Positions 11,201 through 24,191 are shown, numbered from the stretch's first letter. The stretch is 64,000 nucleotides of DNA from Azolla caroliniana (GCA_043228905.1 JBHGNT010000007.1:22568001-22632000); one strand, 5' to 3'. The notes: generated from the sequence alone by a model not told the origin. A program made the numbers and translations.

Positions 11201-12380
11201 AGAGGAACAGGAAGAATTGATGACGGCATACCACGAGAGTCCCTGGGCCGGACACCGCAGGACGTGGGCCACATTCAAGAAGCTAAAGGGGAAGTACTGG
11301 TGGTCGGGACTATGTCGGGACGTGCATCGGTCCGTGACGACTTGCGAAAGCTGTCAGGTGCACTCCATAGTCTGACATAGGGACGAGCTTCACCCGACCT
11401 ACCCTCTGACCTACCCTCCGACCGTCCACTTCAAGTGGATGGTGGATCTGGTGACTATGCTGATAGGGGTAGGACAGATGCGATATCTGGTGATGGCTCG
11501 GGAGGACCTGACGAACCAGGTGGAAGGCCGAGCGTTGCAGAACAAAACGACTGCGGCCGTGTGCCAATTTCTGATCGAAGAAGTGGTGTGCCGGTACGGG
11601 TGTGTGGGAAAGATCGTGGCCGACCGCGGAGAACTAAACGCGCAAGAGGCTGAAGAGCTGTTTGACCGACTAGGGGTCAAACTCTCCCTCACTACGGCGT
11701 ACAATCCAGAGGCCAACGGGAAGGTAGAGCGTGGTCACGGGCCCATTGTGAAGGCATTAGTACGTGCATGCGAAGGACAGGTTGGGAATTGATTGCGGCT
11801 CTTTCCCTACACACTATGGGTGGATTGAACTGCGCACAGTTCGGTGACGGGTTTCATGCCAACGGAGCTGATGTACGGGTAGAAGCTGATCATGTCGGCA
11901 GAGAAAACGATCACTTCGTGGGCCGCGATGGACTGGAAGGACGAGATGAGCCGAGAAGAGTTGTTGGCAGCAAGGATCCGGCAACTCGAGTGAAGACCGG
12001 AAGACGTGGAGCAGGCGAAGGAAAGGCTGCGTACAGCACGAGAAAAGAACCAAGGTTAGTTCGACTATATTCACCGACTGAGGCCGAGGAAGATCAAGGA
12101 AGGTGATTTGGTGCTGGTGTACGACAACAACCTCAACAATCAGCACAAGGCGATGCGTAAGTTTGCAAGAAGGTGGTTCGGGCCTTATGTGGTGACAAGT
12201 GCCAACGACAATGGGACCTACCATCTCGCGGAGCTCGACGGGACAAGGATGGCAGTGCCGGTGGTGGGGAAAAGGATCAAAGCATTCGAAAAGCGGCACG
12301 AGGCTGAACCGGACCTTGACGACCTGGATGGCGACAATGACCGGCTCGGAACGGATGACGATCCGGAAGACGAAGGATAA
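8227..12380 (+). pseudogene. pol (RT, RNase H, integrase) of the Gypsy element, disrupted
   Basis: WNLKPIPVPR..EPSSAPYSNRWFT..KKNGTLRF; DLYSGYDQF; PFLDDIPIKG (RT); DTSPTGIGW..KRELWG..ETDC (RNase H); YHESPWAGH..CESCQ, ADRGEL, TTAYNPEANGKVERG, WFGPY (integrase). Premature stops such as TAG at 9097-9099. Confidence 0.9.
10309..10963 (+). mobile_element. Solo LTR of a related Gypsy family nested in pol
   Basis: TGTCG...CGACA termini and perfect 4-bp TSD ACGT (10305-10308, 10964-10967). Shares blocks with the host LTR (GGACAGGGAATAAA; GGTCCAAG.CCCC.GTGGTCCCGCCTC). The host frame AYV|TTRKGS is restored on removal. Confidence 0.9.
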
Positions 12381-12454
12381 GCGTGGGCCGGTCTTCTCCG
12401 ACAAGAGTCTAATTTTGGCGCATACCGGTGGATGCGTGGTTAGGTGGGGGCGGA

Positions 12455-13122
12455 TGTTGTGGAGAAAACCGTCCCTAGGCAGAAACCGGGTATAACGTGC
12501 GTAAACTGGCCCTTACACGTGGGCACAAGTTTTGTTGTATAGTACGTAGATAGGTACAAGTCGGCTGAGGTGAAATCCTAGGTAGCACGCATTCACTAGG
12601 GAGAAAATCGAGGCGTATCCCTGTCCGAAAGGACAGGGAATAAACATGATGTAACGGGTGGTAACGGCCTCCCTCCTTGGGCTATAAAAGAGGGAGAGGT
12701 ATTGTAAAAAGGGGGGGATCGCGTTTTGTGGAGGACGAAGTGCTGCCAGACTGAAACCAAGCTCTTCTCCTCTATCGTTTCCATAGTCGTTCTGTGCAGG
12801 TTTTCGGGAGGCTGACTCTGCTCCGCGAAATGCTCGAGTGCTTCTGGCAGAGTCTCCATCTCGCATTTTGTGTGTGTGCATGCAGGCGTCGGGGCCTATC
12901 ACTTGTCGGCTTGCTGGTTGTAACCCTCTTGATTTATATATACATATACATTCATTCTGTCTCCATTGTTCAAAGTTAGTTGCAACTCCTGTGAATATGT
13001 GTGCATGTGCGCGTGTGAAGTACATCAGTACTTTCCTTCCCCTCTTCTCATTCGGTTATTTCTCGGTCCAAGGCCCCCGTGGTCCCGCCTCGTTCCCCAC
13101 GCTCGCGCGTAACAACGCAACA
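12455..13122 (+). repeat. 3' LTR (668 bp)
   Basis: Direct repeat of 4571-5244 with mostly transition differences and a shorter (TG)n tract; preceded by AGGTGGGGGCGGA. Confidence 0.95.
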
Positions 13123-13620
13123 GCGTGCTTTGGAGGCATTAAACACCAATAGTTGTGACCGATCAAGCTCCAAGATGACATGATTTTGATGATAAAATGT
13201 GAGTTCTCATGGTTGTGGCACCAAATAAGATCGTCGTGAAAGAGCATCTATCTGCCTTTTCTTGTTGTACTCCTGGGCGATATGTGATAATGAAGTCGAA
13301 ACACATCAAAAATTGTACCCAACGAGCTTGGCGTAAGACTTGCATTTTGAAAGTATATGAGGTTCTTATGATCATTGTAAACAATCATTTGGTGGGGAGA
13401 ACCCTCCAATAGATGTCTCCATTGTTTGAATGAGTCTATAGTGGCGAGGAGCTCTTTGTCATGAATCTCATATTTGACCTTTGCAGCTTCAAAATTGTGA
13501 AAATGGAAAACAATTGGATATAACTACCTGCCATCTCTAATCTGTGACAAGATACTTCCTAGTGCAAAATCAAACACATCTGTCTCGATAATGAAGGGCT
13601 TTTCTAGGTCGGCATTATGA
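13123..13620 (-). pseudogene. Old Tcn1-like Gypsy RNase H fragment; right half of the host element
   Basis: Minus strand KPFIIETDVFDFALGSILSQ..YEIHDKELLA..WRHLLEGSPH..DHKNL..RQARWVQFLMCFDFIITYRPGVQQEKAD. Confidence 0.8.
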
Positions 13621-13634
13621 GAGATTATTTCTAA

Positions 13635-14065
13635 TGTAAGCATAAAATAAGGAAATAGATGATAGATAGTAAAGAGAAAGAGATAAAATGAAGGTTATTG
13701 ATCCATGACCACCCTCGAGCGACGGGATTGAGACAAAGTCGAGCCTTGAATAGCGTACCATACCACCACCATGGCATTGAGTCATACTTGATACTAGTGC
13801 GCGCTCGTCATAAGATCACAATCTCAACGTACACGAATAATATGTCAAATGAGGATAGCTAGGCCTCATATTTACAGCCAAGCCTAAGGCCCCCATGCAA
13901 TTTCACACTTGGCCCTTATGGGTCGTCTCAATTCAAAAGATTAAAAGTAATCCTTCCTTCTTTACACTCTCGATCAACTCTCATACTTTATCCTTGTGTG
14001 TAGAATACCACAGTACAACTTACCACGATATAAATTATGATCGGGTTATGATCATGCCCTTAACA
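13635..14065 (-). mobile_element. Possible solo-LTR remnant
   Basis: Minus strand TGTTAAG...CTTACA termini with a TATA-like TGTAAATAT. No TSD or PBS found. Confidence 0.3.
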
Positions 14066-14893
14066 TTTTCCCTTTAGATTCCCGTAAAATTTAGCACATG
14101 CATGTGCTTTTTCTTGTGTTTTGGAAAAATTGTTTAGTAACTTCCTATATTCGTCTCATTCTTTGAATAAGTCTTTTGACACATTCAAATGTTTTTTTAT
14201 CATTTTCCTTTTGAGGTTCATGAGATTCTTAATCAAACCATTTTATCTTTGAACTAAATTCCTTGATGTGTTTCAGTAAGGCTTCTATGTACATGACATT
14301 GAAAGAACTTCTATGCATCGGCGGAGTTTTACCTCCACGTCAATAATTGGTAGTCAAATGATCCAGACCTTTGTTTACCCTGTTACTGTCAAATCATGCG
14401 AGAGTAGATGGCAATCACTCTCAAGCCTCTAGTGTCGCGACACTAATCTCAATAGTTCTCACACTCATTGTCTCTCACGCTAACTCTCTCTCTCTCGCTC
14501 TCTCTCAATAGATTACCACAGTTAAGCACATATGTAAACAAGATGAGTATAAAGGAAAGCTTTCTTCTATGTTCATCTTATTCAAGAGGTAGAGTGATTA
14601 GGGTTTGGCTAATTAATGCTTAACCTTAATCACTCTTAAACTCTACAACATCATCACAAAGGCATCACAAAAAGCCCCATGCTATCGGCAACAACTTTCA
14701 CCGAGGAAGAGATGGGTAGGTGTGGGTGGACGATGTGCCCATCGGCTCGCTCTCTCGCTCTCTCGCTCTGCTCTGCCTGGGGCTCTCCACAGGGACACTC
14801 CCCCAAGTAAAGAAAAGCAGAAATCAAGCACCAAAAGCTTCTTCTTCTTCTTCTTCTTCTTGGGGTTTTTACTTCAAACCTCATGTAGGAAAT

Positions 14894-15007
<114 letters not shown>

Positions 15008-15154
15008 CAGATACCATAATACTCTGTGCTGCAGAGTAACTTCTTGGAAGAAGAAGAAGAAGAAGAAGAACTAAGAATTAAGAAGGAGGAGCTTCTTCTT
15101 CTTCTTAGAGTTAATTCTTCTTCTTAGTATTCTTCTTCTTCTTCTTCCCTGGCT

Positions 15155-18100
15155 ATGGCCACTTCCTCATCCAAGTGGAGAGCTATGCAGAGGAGGCACA
15201 AATGGAGCTACGACGCCGTCCGATTGCCGTCTTCTCTCCTTCGAATGCTTCTCGACATACAGGAAACCCATGGGAAGAACGCACCCTCCCTCAGAAAGTT
15301 CCTCTCTGCAGTTATGGATATGGTTCAGCTCACCTCTACTCATTCACAAGTGTCAGAAATGAAGAAGGTTATTGCGTCCTTTCTCGACATCCTACGAAAT
15401 CTGCATATATGCTCTATAATTCCTAAGGTTAATAATGATGGCTATGGTGGTGAGAGAGTTTTCTCAAAGAAGAATGTAAATAGTGTTCTTGAGGAGGGTC
15501 CCTTCTCAATGAAGAATGAAAATAATATCTTCAAAGAGGATTCCCTGGCAAATAAGAATGGAAATAGTGTTATTGAGGAGGGATCCTTCTTGCAGAAGTA
15601 TGGAACTAGTGTTCTTGGAGATCATTCCTTCTCCGAAAATATTGAAAATAACGATCTTGAAGACGGGTCTTTGTTGAACAAAAATATGAATAGTGCCCTT
15701 GACGAGAGTTCCTTCTCCGAAAAGAATGTAAATGGTGTTCTTGAGGAGGGTTCCTTCTCAGAAAACAATGGAAATAGTGTTCCCCAGGTAGAAATTCTTG
15801 CGGGTATAGCCTTTAATCTTCTTGTTGAGATATTGTTTCTAGAGAATGCAGTACCCTTGCATCGTAGCATCCTCTCGTGTCTAGCTTCTCTACCCAGAGA
15901 TTGGGAAGATTATATATTCGAAGCTTTTGGTCTGTGTATCCGAGAATATGGTCTCTCTGGGCCGAAATCACGAAGATTTGTATTAGCTTCAATTGGGTCT
16001 TCGATAATGAATATGCCCAAGCCAGGGATTCTTAAGGACTTGATAAAAAACTTCTCTAAGACCATAGCCATAGCCTTATGCCATGGTGTGAAATCACTCT
16101 TGAAGGAGTCTAGAGAAGGAGGCCGGCCGAACCCGGTGGCCATTGAAGAATGCCAAGGGGCTATGTCATGCTTGTATTATATTCTTCAGTACTATTCTGA
16201 CAGGCTTGTCGTGCCTTATACAAGAGGAAAAAAAGTTGAAATGGGCATGTTATCTGAAGAAATGCACAATTCTCTGCATGTTGATAGTGTAGAGGTTTCA
16301 GCATATAATGCTGCATTGGATGTGATTTTAGATGTGCTTCAGACAGGCTATTTGTCAAGGGATTGTTCAGTGGCAGCTGGAGTAGGGCTATGTGCAGCTG
16401 CTCAGCTCGAAATTAACGATTCGAAGCTAGCTCTCATTCTTGCTAATTCTTTGTTTACCACATCCTTGGAGAATTTTGCAGTGTTGTCCGCAGAAGGATT
16501 AGCATATGGTCGAGATTGTTTGGCCAAGGTTGATATTTCCATCAATCAAACTCGAGGAACTACTTTAGCTCATGAAGTTAGTAAATTCACTGAATTTGGT
16601 AGACTTTGCTTCTTTAGAGGAATTCTGACAGCTGTCCCTCGCTCTTCTTTGAACTTTAATCTGATATGTTTGGTTGATGATCAAACAATGAAACCTGAAG
16701 AAGTTAATGTGTTCATGCCATGGAATATTTTATATAATGGGATCTTACCTTCCCTTTGTAATTTTTGTGAGAGTTCTGGTGATAGTCATTTCAAATTTCA
16801 TTCAGTCACAGCTTTGCAGATTTGTCTTCAGCAAATCAAGACGTCTATCAACCAGAAAATAACTTCCTTTGCTATGGAAGAACTGATATCTACTGCTTGC
16901 AGCCTTGGCTATTCTGTTGCACCTTATAGCTCAATACCAACTGCCATTGTGGATCGGATACTGCAAATTGTATGGAATTACTGGGAGGATCCATTAAACC
17001 AGACAGTGAAACAAATACAGGTTGTATTTGACTTGCTGGTTGATATTCAATGCACATGCTTGGATGGTAAAATCATGGATATTCCATATAAAAAACCAGA
17101 GATTAATGTTTCTCAAAATGAGAAAAGCAAAGAGTTCCTAAATGCTATGTTAAAAGAGTTAATGATGGCAGGTGGTCATCGTAAAGGTAGGTATGTACCT
17201 CTTGCATCGTTAACTTCACGACTGGGTGCTCAATTGATTCTTAATACTTGTCCTAGCTTGCTTTTTGAGTCGATCAATGCAATGGTCGATGATGACATTT
17301 GCTGTTCAGCATGCACATTTCTCAAAACTTTCTTTGAACGTCTTCGAGAGGATTGCTGGAGTTCAGAAGGAGTGATGGAAGGAAATGTTACTTTTCGCCG
17401 TCTTAGCTTGCCCCCGATCATATCAGGAATTGTCTCTGGAAACAGTAAACTAAGGGCGAACCTAAATACATATGCCCTTCCGGCTATCTTGCAAATAGAT
17501 AGTGATGCTATTTTTCCGATGCTAGCCTTTGCTCTAGAGAGCACTGTGCCTAAAGAGGAAGAGGATATGGTAACTTGGCATGATCTAGAAGGTGTTGTTG
17601 GTCTTCCCGAACGTTTGACAACAAATCAGAGGGTAGCTCTGATGATCGGACTTTTGAAAGTTGCAAGAATGGAATCCCTTATGGATGGTGATGTATGTTG
17701 CTCTGAGCTGGATGGAAACCACATTCAAGGACCCTATGATCGTAACAATGTGATGGCATGTGTATCGATTAAAAAAACGTTCTTTAAGATACCATTGGCG
17801 CTTTTGGAGATAGCTGTTACTCATAGTGAGGATTCATTAAGAACTGATGCAGCAGAAGCTCTGTGTCTGAACCCTAGAACAGCGTCTATGCCCTCTTCAT
17901 TAGAGCTTTCTCTGTTGCAGATCTCTGTCCCTCTTAATATGCGTTGCTCTTCAACTTCTTTCCGCATGAAATGGACCAGCCTTTTCAGAAGGTTTTTCGT
18001 GCGTGTTCGAACCTCAATTGACAGGCAAGTTAAAACTGAGGCTGTGAAAGCCAAAGCTCAGAAGATAGATTTGCATGAAAATATTCCTGGTGATGAATTC

Positions 18101-21100
18101 ACTTGTAGCATGCCTGCTAGTTTGAAAGAAATGCAGACGTTTATGCAATGGTTTTGTCAAACCCTCATTGTCTCTATTTACCCATCTGCTCCCTATGAGC
18201 GTAAAAGCATGGCCATGGAGCTCATGGGAGCTATGATTGATAGCTGGAGCTTGACTGAAGCAGCGAATTCCACATTCCCTGGTACTGTTAGTTTCTTGTC
18301 AGCTGATGCAACCATAGTCTTGATAGGCGCTATAGTGGACAGTTGGGACAAGTTGAGAGAAGGAGCATTCAAAATCTTACTTGCATATCCCACTCCTTTA
18401 CCTGGATTAGAGAGTGTGAATGAAGTGGAAAAAGTTTTGAAATGGGCAATAGGTCTGGTTAATAGTCCCCGTGTGAGGGAGAGTGATGCTGGAGCATTGG
18501 TTTTGCGTTTAATCTTTCAAAAGTATGTTGTTGAGCTGGGCTGGACTCTTAAATTGCATCCAGAGCCGTTGGCAATAAGTTCCAACTACCTCAGCAAAGA
18601 GAGATCACATGATGTGGGCGCTGCTGTAAGTGCATATGTGCAATCCTTGAATGATTGGCTGGAATGGGGAATTATTGAAGGGGAAAAGAACCTTATAAAG
18701 GCTTGTAGGCACAGTTTTGTCCATGGTGCACTGCTTTCTTATAGGTATACAATCGATGAGCTTGATTGGAAGTCCAATGCTTTGATTGTTGGAGCTTCTG
18801 AATTGCGGAAAGCTTTAGACAGACTACTTTGCTTGCTGACACGTGTGACATCCATAGCTCTATGGGTCGTCTCAGCAGATGCACTTGACATGCCAGGAGG
18901 CATTCCTAGAACAAAACCCTTCAATGTTGATCTCCACAGTTTTCTAGAGGATGAAGGCGAAATCAGCATGGATGATTTGGCTGACATGACATCTGAACAA
19001 GTGGAGGATGAAGAGGTTGGGTTTTTAGCACCTTCAGAACAAGCTATTATGGTTGGCTGCTGGCTTGCTATGAAAGAAGTGAGTAACCATAGATCCTTAA
19101 TGCTCTTCTTTTCTCTCACATAGTTGTAGATTTTGAGGTTTCTTATTTGCCAATTGACAGGTGAGTCTTCTTTTGGGAACAGTCACTAGGAAAGTACCTT
19201 TGCCAGGATGTGATACTGTAGACATGGAGGGACAGATGTGTTCACTGAGCATGCTGGATCTCAAGCAACTTGAACTCATTGGTGGCCACTTCCTGCAAGT
19301 GCTATTATCTATGAAGCACAATGGTGCTATTGATAAAACCAGGGCAGGGTTCGTTGCTCTATGTAATCGGCTTTTATGCTCAGAAGATGCTAGGTATGTC
19401 ATGCAGTCCAATCTATTTACTTCAGATGTTTGCATATATTTGTCGTATAAATGTTTTTCATATGTTTGTATATACTTTACATATCAAGTTTCATGGTCTG
19501 TCTATACTTTACATAACAAATATTTCATGTAGGTTTTTTATGCTTTCCATATCAGATTTTCATATTTTTATATATTCTTTTGGCATAGTTTTATTTTCAT
19601 TTTTTTGTATCTTTGATGTAATTTTATTGTCATTGTTTCCATATGCTTTTCATATAGTTTTTTTTCCATTGTTTGTGTATATACTTTCCCTGTTGATTTT
19701 TTCATATTGTTTCTATATTCTTTTAATATCAATTATTTTCATACTTTGTTAGCTACATTTTGTATCACTTTTCATATGATCATATGATCTTTTGTATCTT
19801 TGTATAAACTTTTCATAATATGTATCTATATACCTTTCATATCAAAATCTTCATACATTTATTTATAGTTTCCATACCATGTTTTCTTATGTTTGTGTAT
19901 ATTTTTCTTATTGATTTTTTCATGTCTTTGTAGACAGTTATTGTATTAAATTTTCATATGGTTGTATATGCTTTTTGTTCAGTTTTTTCATATGTTTATA
20001 TTGTCTTTTATATCAAAATTTTCATATGTTTGTATGTATTTATAATGTTTAAAATCTTATTTCGTATATAATTTTCATATCCAATTCCTTATTTGCTTGT
20101 TTTGCATACTGTCCAAATCAAATTTGAGAACGGAAAATACCCCAAATCTTACTTCAACCCAAAAGGCCGTCAACACTTTGCAACACTTAATTAAATAAAA
20201 AATAGCCAAACAAGCAACCTGTCTATTTATGTGATGTTAAAGAAAAATAATGTGATGAGGATATTTATGAAGATGAGTGCCTCAGGCTTCTCTATTTGGC
20301 TGCTTGCTTGGCTCCTGCTTAACCTTTTCCTGCTTAACCTTTCACACACGTGAAAACAAATGGATGCATGCACATATTCAAAACATGTACAAACCTACAC
20401 ACACACAGACACAAAGCAAAATACGACCATCTTTTGGAAAAAGACTCCCGAAAGTAGGTTGCAAACCTCCCGGAGATTCGACCCTATGACTCAATGACAC
20501 ACATGTGTACATATGTATATAATCGTCCATCATTTGGAACTGATTTATCGACATATCCCAAACTGAGAAACTTCAATAAGTTCGTTTATATCTTCCATGT
20601 TGATTTTGTATATATATATATTTCATTATCCAAAATTTTCACATGCTTTTTTTATCTTTCCCATATTGAATTTTCCATCATTTGGAACCGATCTATTTAC
20701 ATATCCCAAACTGAGAAACTTCACGAATGTTTGTTTATATTTTCCATGTTGATCTTTTCATATACATTGTTTTTTTCATTATCCAATTTTTTCTCATGCT
20801 TCTTTTATCTTTTCCATATTGGATTTTTCATCGTTTGGAACCGATTTATCGACATATCCCAAACTGAGAAACTTCACTGATACTCGTTAATATTTTCCAT
20901 ATTGATTCTTTCATAATTTTGTATACATTGTTTTTTTCATTATCCAATTTTTTCTCATGCTTCTTTTATCTTTCCCATATTGGATTTTCATACATTTGTC
21001 CTGATTTGTAAATAATAATAAATTCACAGATGTTGCATATTAATTTTGTCTTATGTTTTGTGTGTAATACTTCTTTTGTGATGATGTAGACTCAACAAGA

Positions 21101-24100
21101 TGCCTGATCTGTGGCTTCAGCAGTTGATGGACAGGACAGCTGCAAAGGGTCAGACTGTGGATGACCTCTTACGAAGATCTGCAGGAATACCCGCTGCATT
21201 CCTTGCCCTTTTCTTGGCAGAACCTGAAGGTGCCCCGAAAAAGCTTCTATTTGTTGCAATGAGGTGGTTGCTGGATTTGGTCAAGTCTTTCCTTGCAAGA
21301 TGTGAAGTAGAGTGTATTAGAACTCAGACTAAAGACCTTCCTCATGAATTCACTGAACTTGAAACTGCCACAAATAAGGAGATTAGCAAATCACCACTTA
21401 TGTTGAAGTCACGGGATGAGGGTGTCGTTCCGACTGTTCATGCATTTAATACGATGAGGGTGAGCTTCAATGACACTAATCTTTCCACTGATTCCTCGGG
21501 GTTTTGTGCTGAAAGCTTAAGCCTTGCAATTCGAGCGTTTTCTTGTCATCATTGGGAGGTGAGGAATGCGGCAATACTAGCATTTACTGCCTTGTTGCGT
21601 CGTATGGTGGGCTTTCTGAATACTCAGACCTATGAATCCTCTCGACGTGCTATCACAGGATTTGAATTTTTTCACAGGTAGATGTCATATTCTTGTATTA
21701 TGCTTTCCTTGGTATTTGCTACTTTGTCACTCACACCAATGGCTATTTTTTTTGTATGTGAAGGTACCCATTGTTGCACTCATTCCTTCTGAAAGAGCTT
21801 CAGAATGCTACATCAGAGCTCAGTGACATCTTTGATTGTATACAACCGCCAAGGACAAGTCTAAAGAGGACTCTTCATCCAAGCTTAGCCCCGGTCTTAA
21901 TAATCCTTTCACGACTTAAACCATCAAATATTAACAGTGGCACTGGTGACTGGCTCAGCCCTTCAGCCTTCATGCCATATGTTTGTAGATGTGCCATGCA
22001 ATCTAATATGAAAGTTCGAATCTTAGCATCCCGAGCACTGGCTCCTCTCGTGGAATCTGATATGTTGCCATGTGTATTGCATGAGCTTGCGAGCTTCTTG
22101 CCTATGCAATCACGTAGTGGATCTCAGGGGAGCATGAAGAATTCATATATTTTTAACACCTTATCGGATCATCCGAAAGACCTTGATGACATTCAAGCCT
22201 CTCCTCCTAGGCCACCCTCTTATAATACTATCCATGGAGTGCTTTTGCAAATCCACTCGCTATTAACAGAGAATTGTGTTACCTTGCCACCAAATTCGGT
22301 GCTGAGAAATAAGGTGGTTTCTGTTCTATCTCCAATTATAATGAAAATTGACAAGAGATGGATTTTCCGTTGTCCCATGGTGGGTGTTGCATTTTTGGAA
22401 GTGCTTCAGAGTTTAGCAAAAATTGAGAACTCATGTGGATCAGAATACGTTTTGTGGGATATTCTTATTAAGACAAGTGCACAGATCCTTGATAATCCAC
22501 ATGACTCTGTTTTGAACCAGAGTACATGGGATTCCACACTAGTATCCCTAAGAAACAAGGCTTGTTGGATATATTTCACAGAAGCTCTCATGTGGTGGCC
22601 TTGTTCTGAGCGCCAAGAATGGAGGGTGAATGATGATCAAATCTTAGATAAGCTAAGGGATTGTATCTTTGATAGTATGTATGAGATACGACTAGGGGCT
22701 CTAAAGGTTCTAAAGAGATTTTTTTATTTTTTGGAATCAAATTATACCATGAATGATGCGAATAGTGTTGCAATGCAAAGGATTGAATGGACGGCATCCA
22801 GTGTGTTACCATTGGTGATTGAATGCTTGAAGACTGAGACACATCCCAGATGCCTCCGATATGCATTGCTGAATTACTTCACATTCTCAACATTTGAAAT
22901 GAAGGTGAAGGGGACCCAACCCAATAACGTGGATAATTTATGTGCTCGTAATGGCAATAAAGCTTCCGTGTACGAAATATGGGGATTGTTTAAACATCTG
23001 TATCATACCACGAAGCATGTGAAAACAAAAGAGGTGGTTATTTGCTGTCTAGGACTTTGTACCCGACAGATTGTTCTACTCTTGCATGAGCTACATGCTT
23101 CAGAAACTGTTAATGGGTTGAACTCAACTCAGGATTGTAGTTTTGCAAAGGAAGCACTACAGTTCTTACTCAAGGTTATTCAAATACACAGCATGCCAAA
23201 TGAACTTGTTATGTTGCGACGAGCTGCATCCAAGGCTATAATAGCCTCTAATATTCTTGTGCAGATTGTGTGGGTGGCAAGAGATCATACTCGAGTATTA
23301 ACTTCTGGTGTGAACGAATGGATTATCCACTTAGTGTTGGATGTATGGTTGGTTTGTATCAAACTCTTAGAAGACGAGGACTTGGCTTTACGAGACAGAC
23401 TTTCCAGCGAGGTTCTGCATATTGTCTCTTCAGCAGTAGATAAAAAGTCAGATTCTTCTTTCTTCGATTTTGTGCCTGTCCAAGTGGAAAGGGTCATTCA
23501 TCTAAGCTTCGATTACTTGACTCTTCACATGGGTTATTCAGTGCTTTATTTGGATTGCCTTGTAAATTGGGTTTGGAAAGACATTTCCGATACAAGTTTT
23601 ATGCAAGATGATTGTGATTTGGTTCGAAGGCTCTTTGATAAGGAGATTGATAATCATCATGAAGAGAAGCTTTTATTCACACAACTATGTTGTTTGCATC
23701 TCAGCAGTATCTTAAATAATATGGATAGACCTAGAGAAACAACGCTAGAAAGTAAGAATGGAGATTCTCATTTATCTGAAATTCCTGCATTTATTCGTTA
23801 TTGGAGGAGGAAATTTCTCACCCATTTGAGGCCCTTTGTGGAAAGGGTGGTTGATTTGGAAAATAGGTTGCTGTGGTTGGGGGGTCTTACCAACCATCCA
23901 GATGTGTTCAGGACTTTATATCCCCTTCTATTGGGGGTCTACACATTTGTCGGGTTACCTAATACGGGTATTGAATCCATTGACTTAGATAAACAACTAA
24001 TTACAGAATTGGTTGGTGTGGTGGAGATTGCAAGGTCATTCATTGCAAACCCGTTGATTTTTAACCTTCTCTTTAAGATCATTACGCAATGTGAATCGCA

Positions 24101-24191
24101 AATTAGTATCGACCTTGGATCAGATTCCCTGCAAAGCTCTCAGAAGTGCTTGTTAGTGGAGAACTTTAATCCATTTTTCTTGCTCAAGTAG
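15155..24191 (+). CDS. THADA: THADA/Trm732-like ARM-repeat protein (DUF2428), cofactor of the Trm7/FTSJ1 tRNA 2'-O-methyltransferase; 2390 aa
   Basis: Exons 15155-19078, 19161-19393, 21090-21677, 21764-24191. All introns GT-AG; phases sum to 7173 nt. Motifs KWRAMQRRHKWSY, MVGCWLAMKEVSLLLG, MKHNGAIDK, LRRSAGIP, VHAFN, WEVRN, LFDKEIDNHHEE. Confidence 0.95.
15461..15787 (+). repeat. Coding minisatellite: about 8 x 42 bp (14 aa) in the THADA N-terminus
   Basis: FSKKNVNSVLEEGP / FSMKNENNIFKEDS / LANKNGNSVIEEGS / ... / FSEKNVNGVLEEGS / FSENNGNSVPQ. Confidence 0.9.
20525..20995. repeat. Tandem repeat of about 150 bp (3 copies) in THADA intron 2
   Basis: ACATATCCCAAACTGAGAAACTTCA recurs near 20551, 20699 and 20852 with shared flanks. 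Confidence 0.8.

Larger units (their letters stand above)
4571..13122 (+). mobile_element. Full-length disabled Ty3/Gypsy LTR retrotransposon (non-chromovirus, Phygy/Selgy-like by inference)
   Basis: Paired LTRs at 4571-5244 and 12455-13122 (TG...CA), PBS 5249-5266, purine-rich tract before 12455, domain order gag-PR-RT-RNaseH-IN, flanks ACGT/GCGT. Confidence 0.95.

Noticed and set aside
6247-12404. Many long antisense or alternate-frame ORFs in the Gypsy interior
   Set aside because: Expected shadows of GC-rich pol sequence with few stop codons. No independent motifs.
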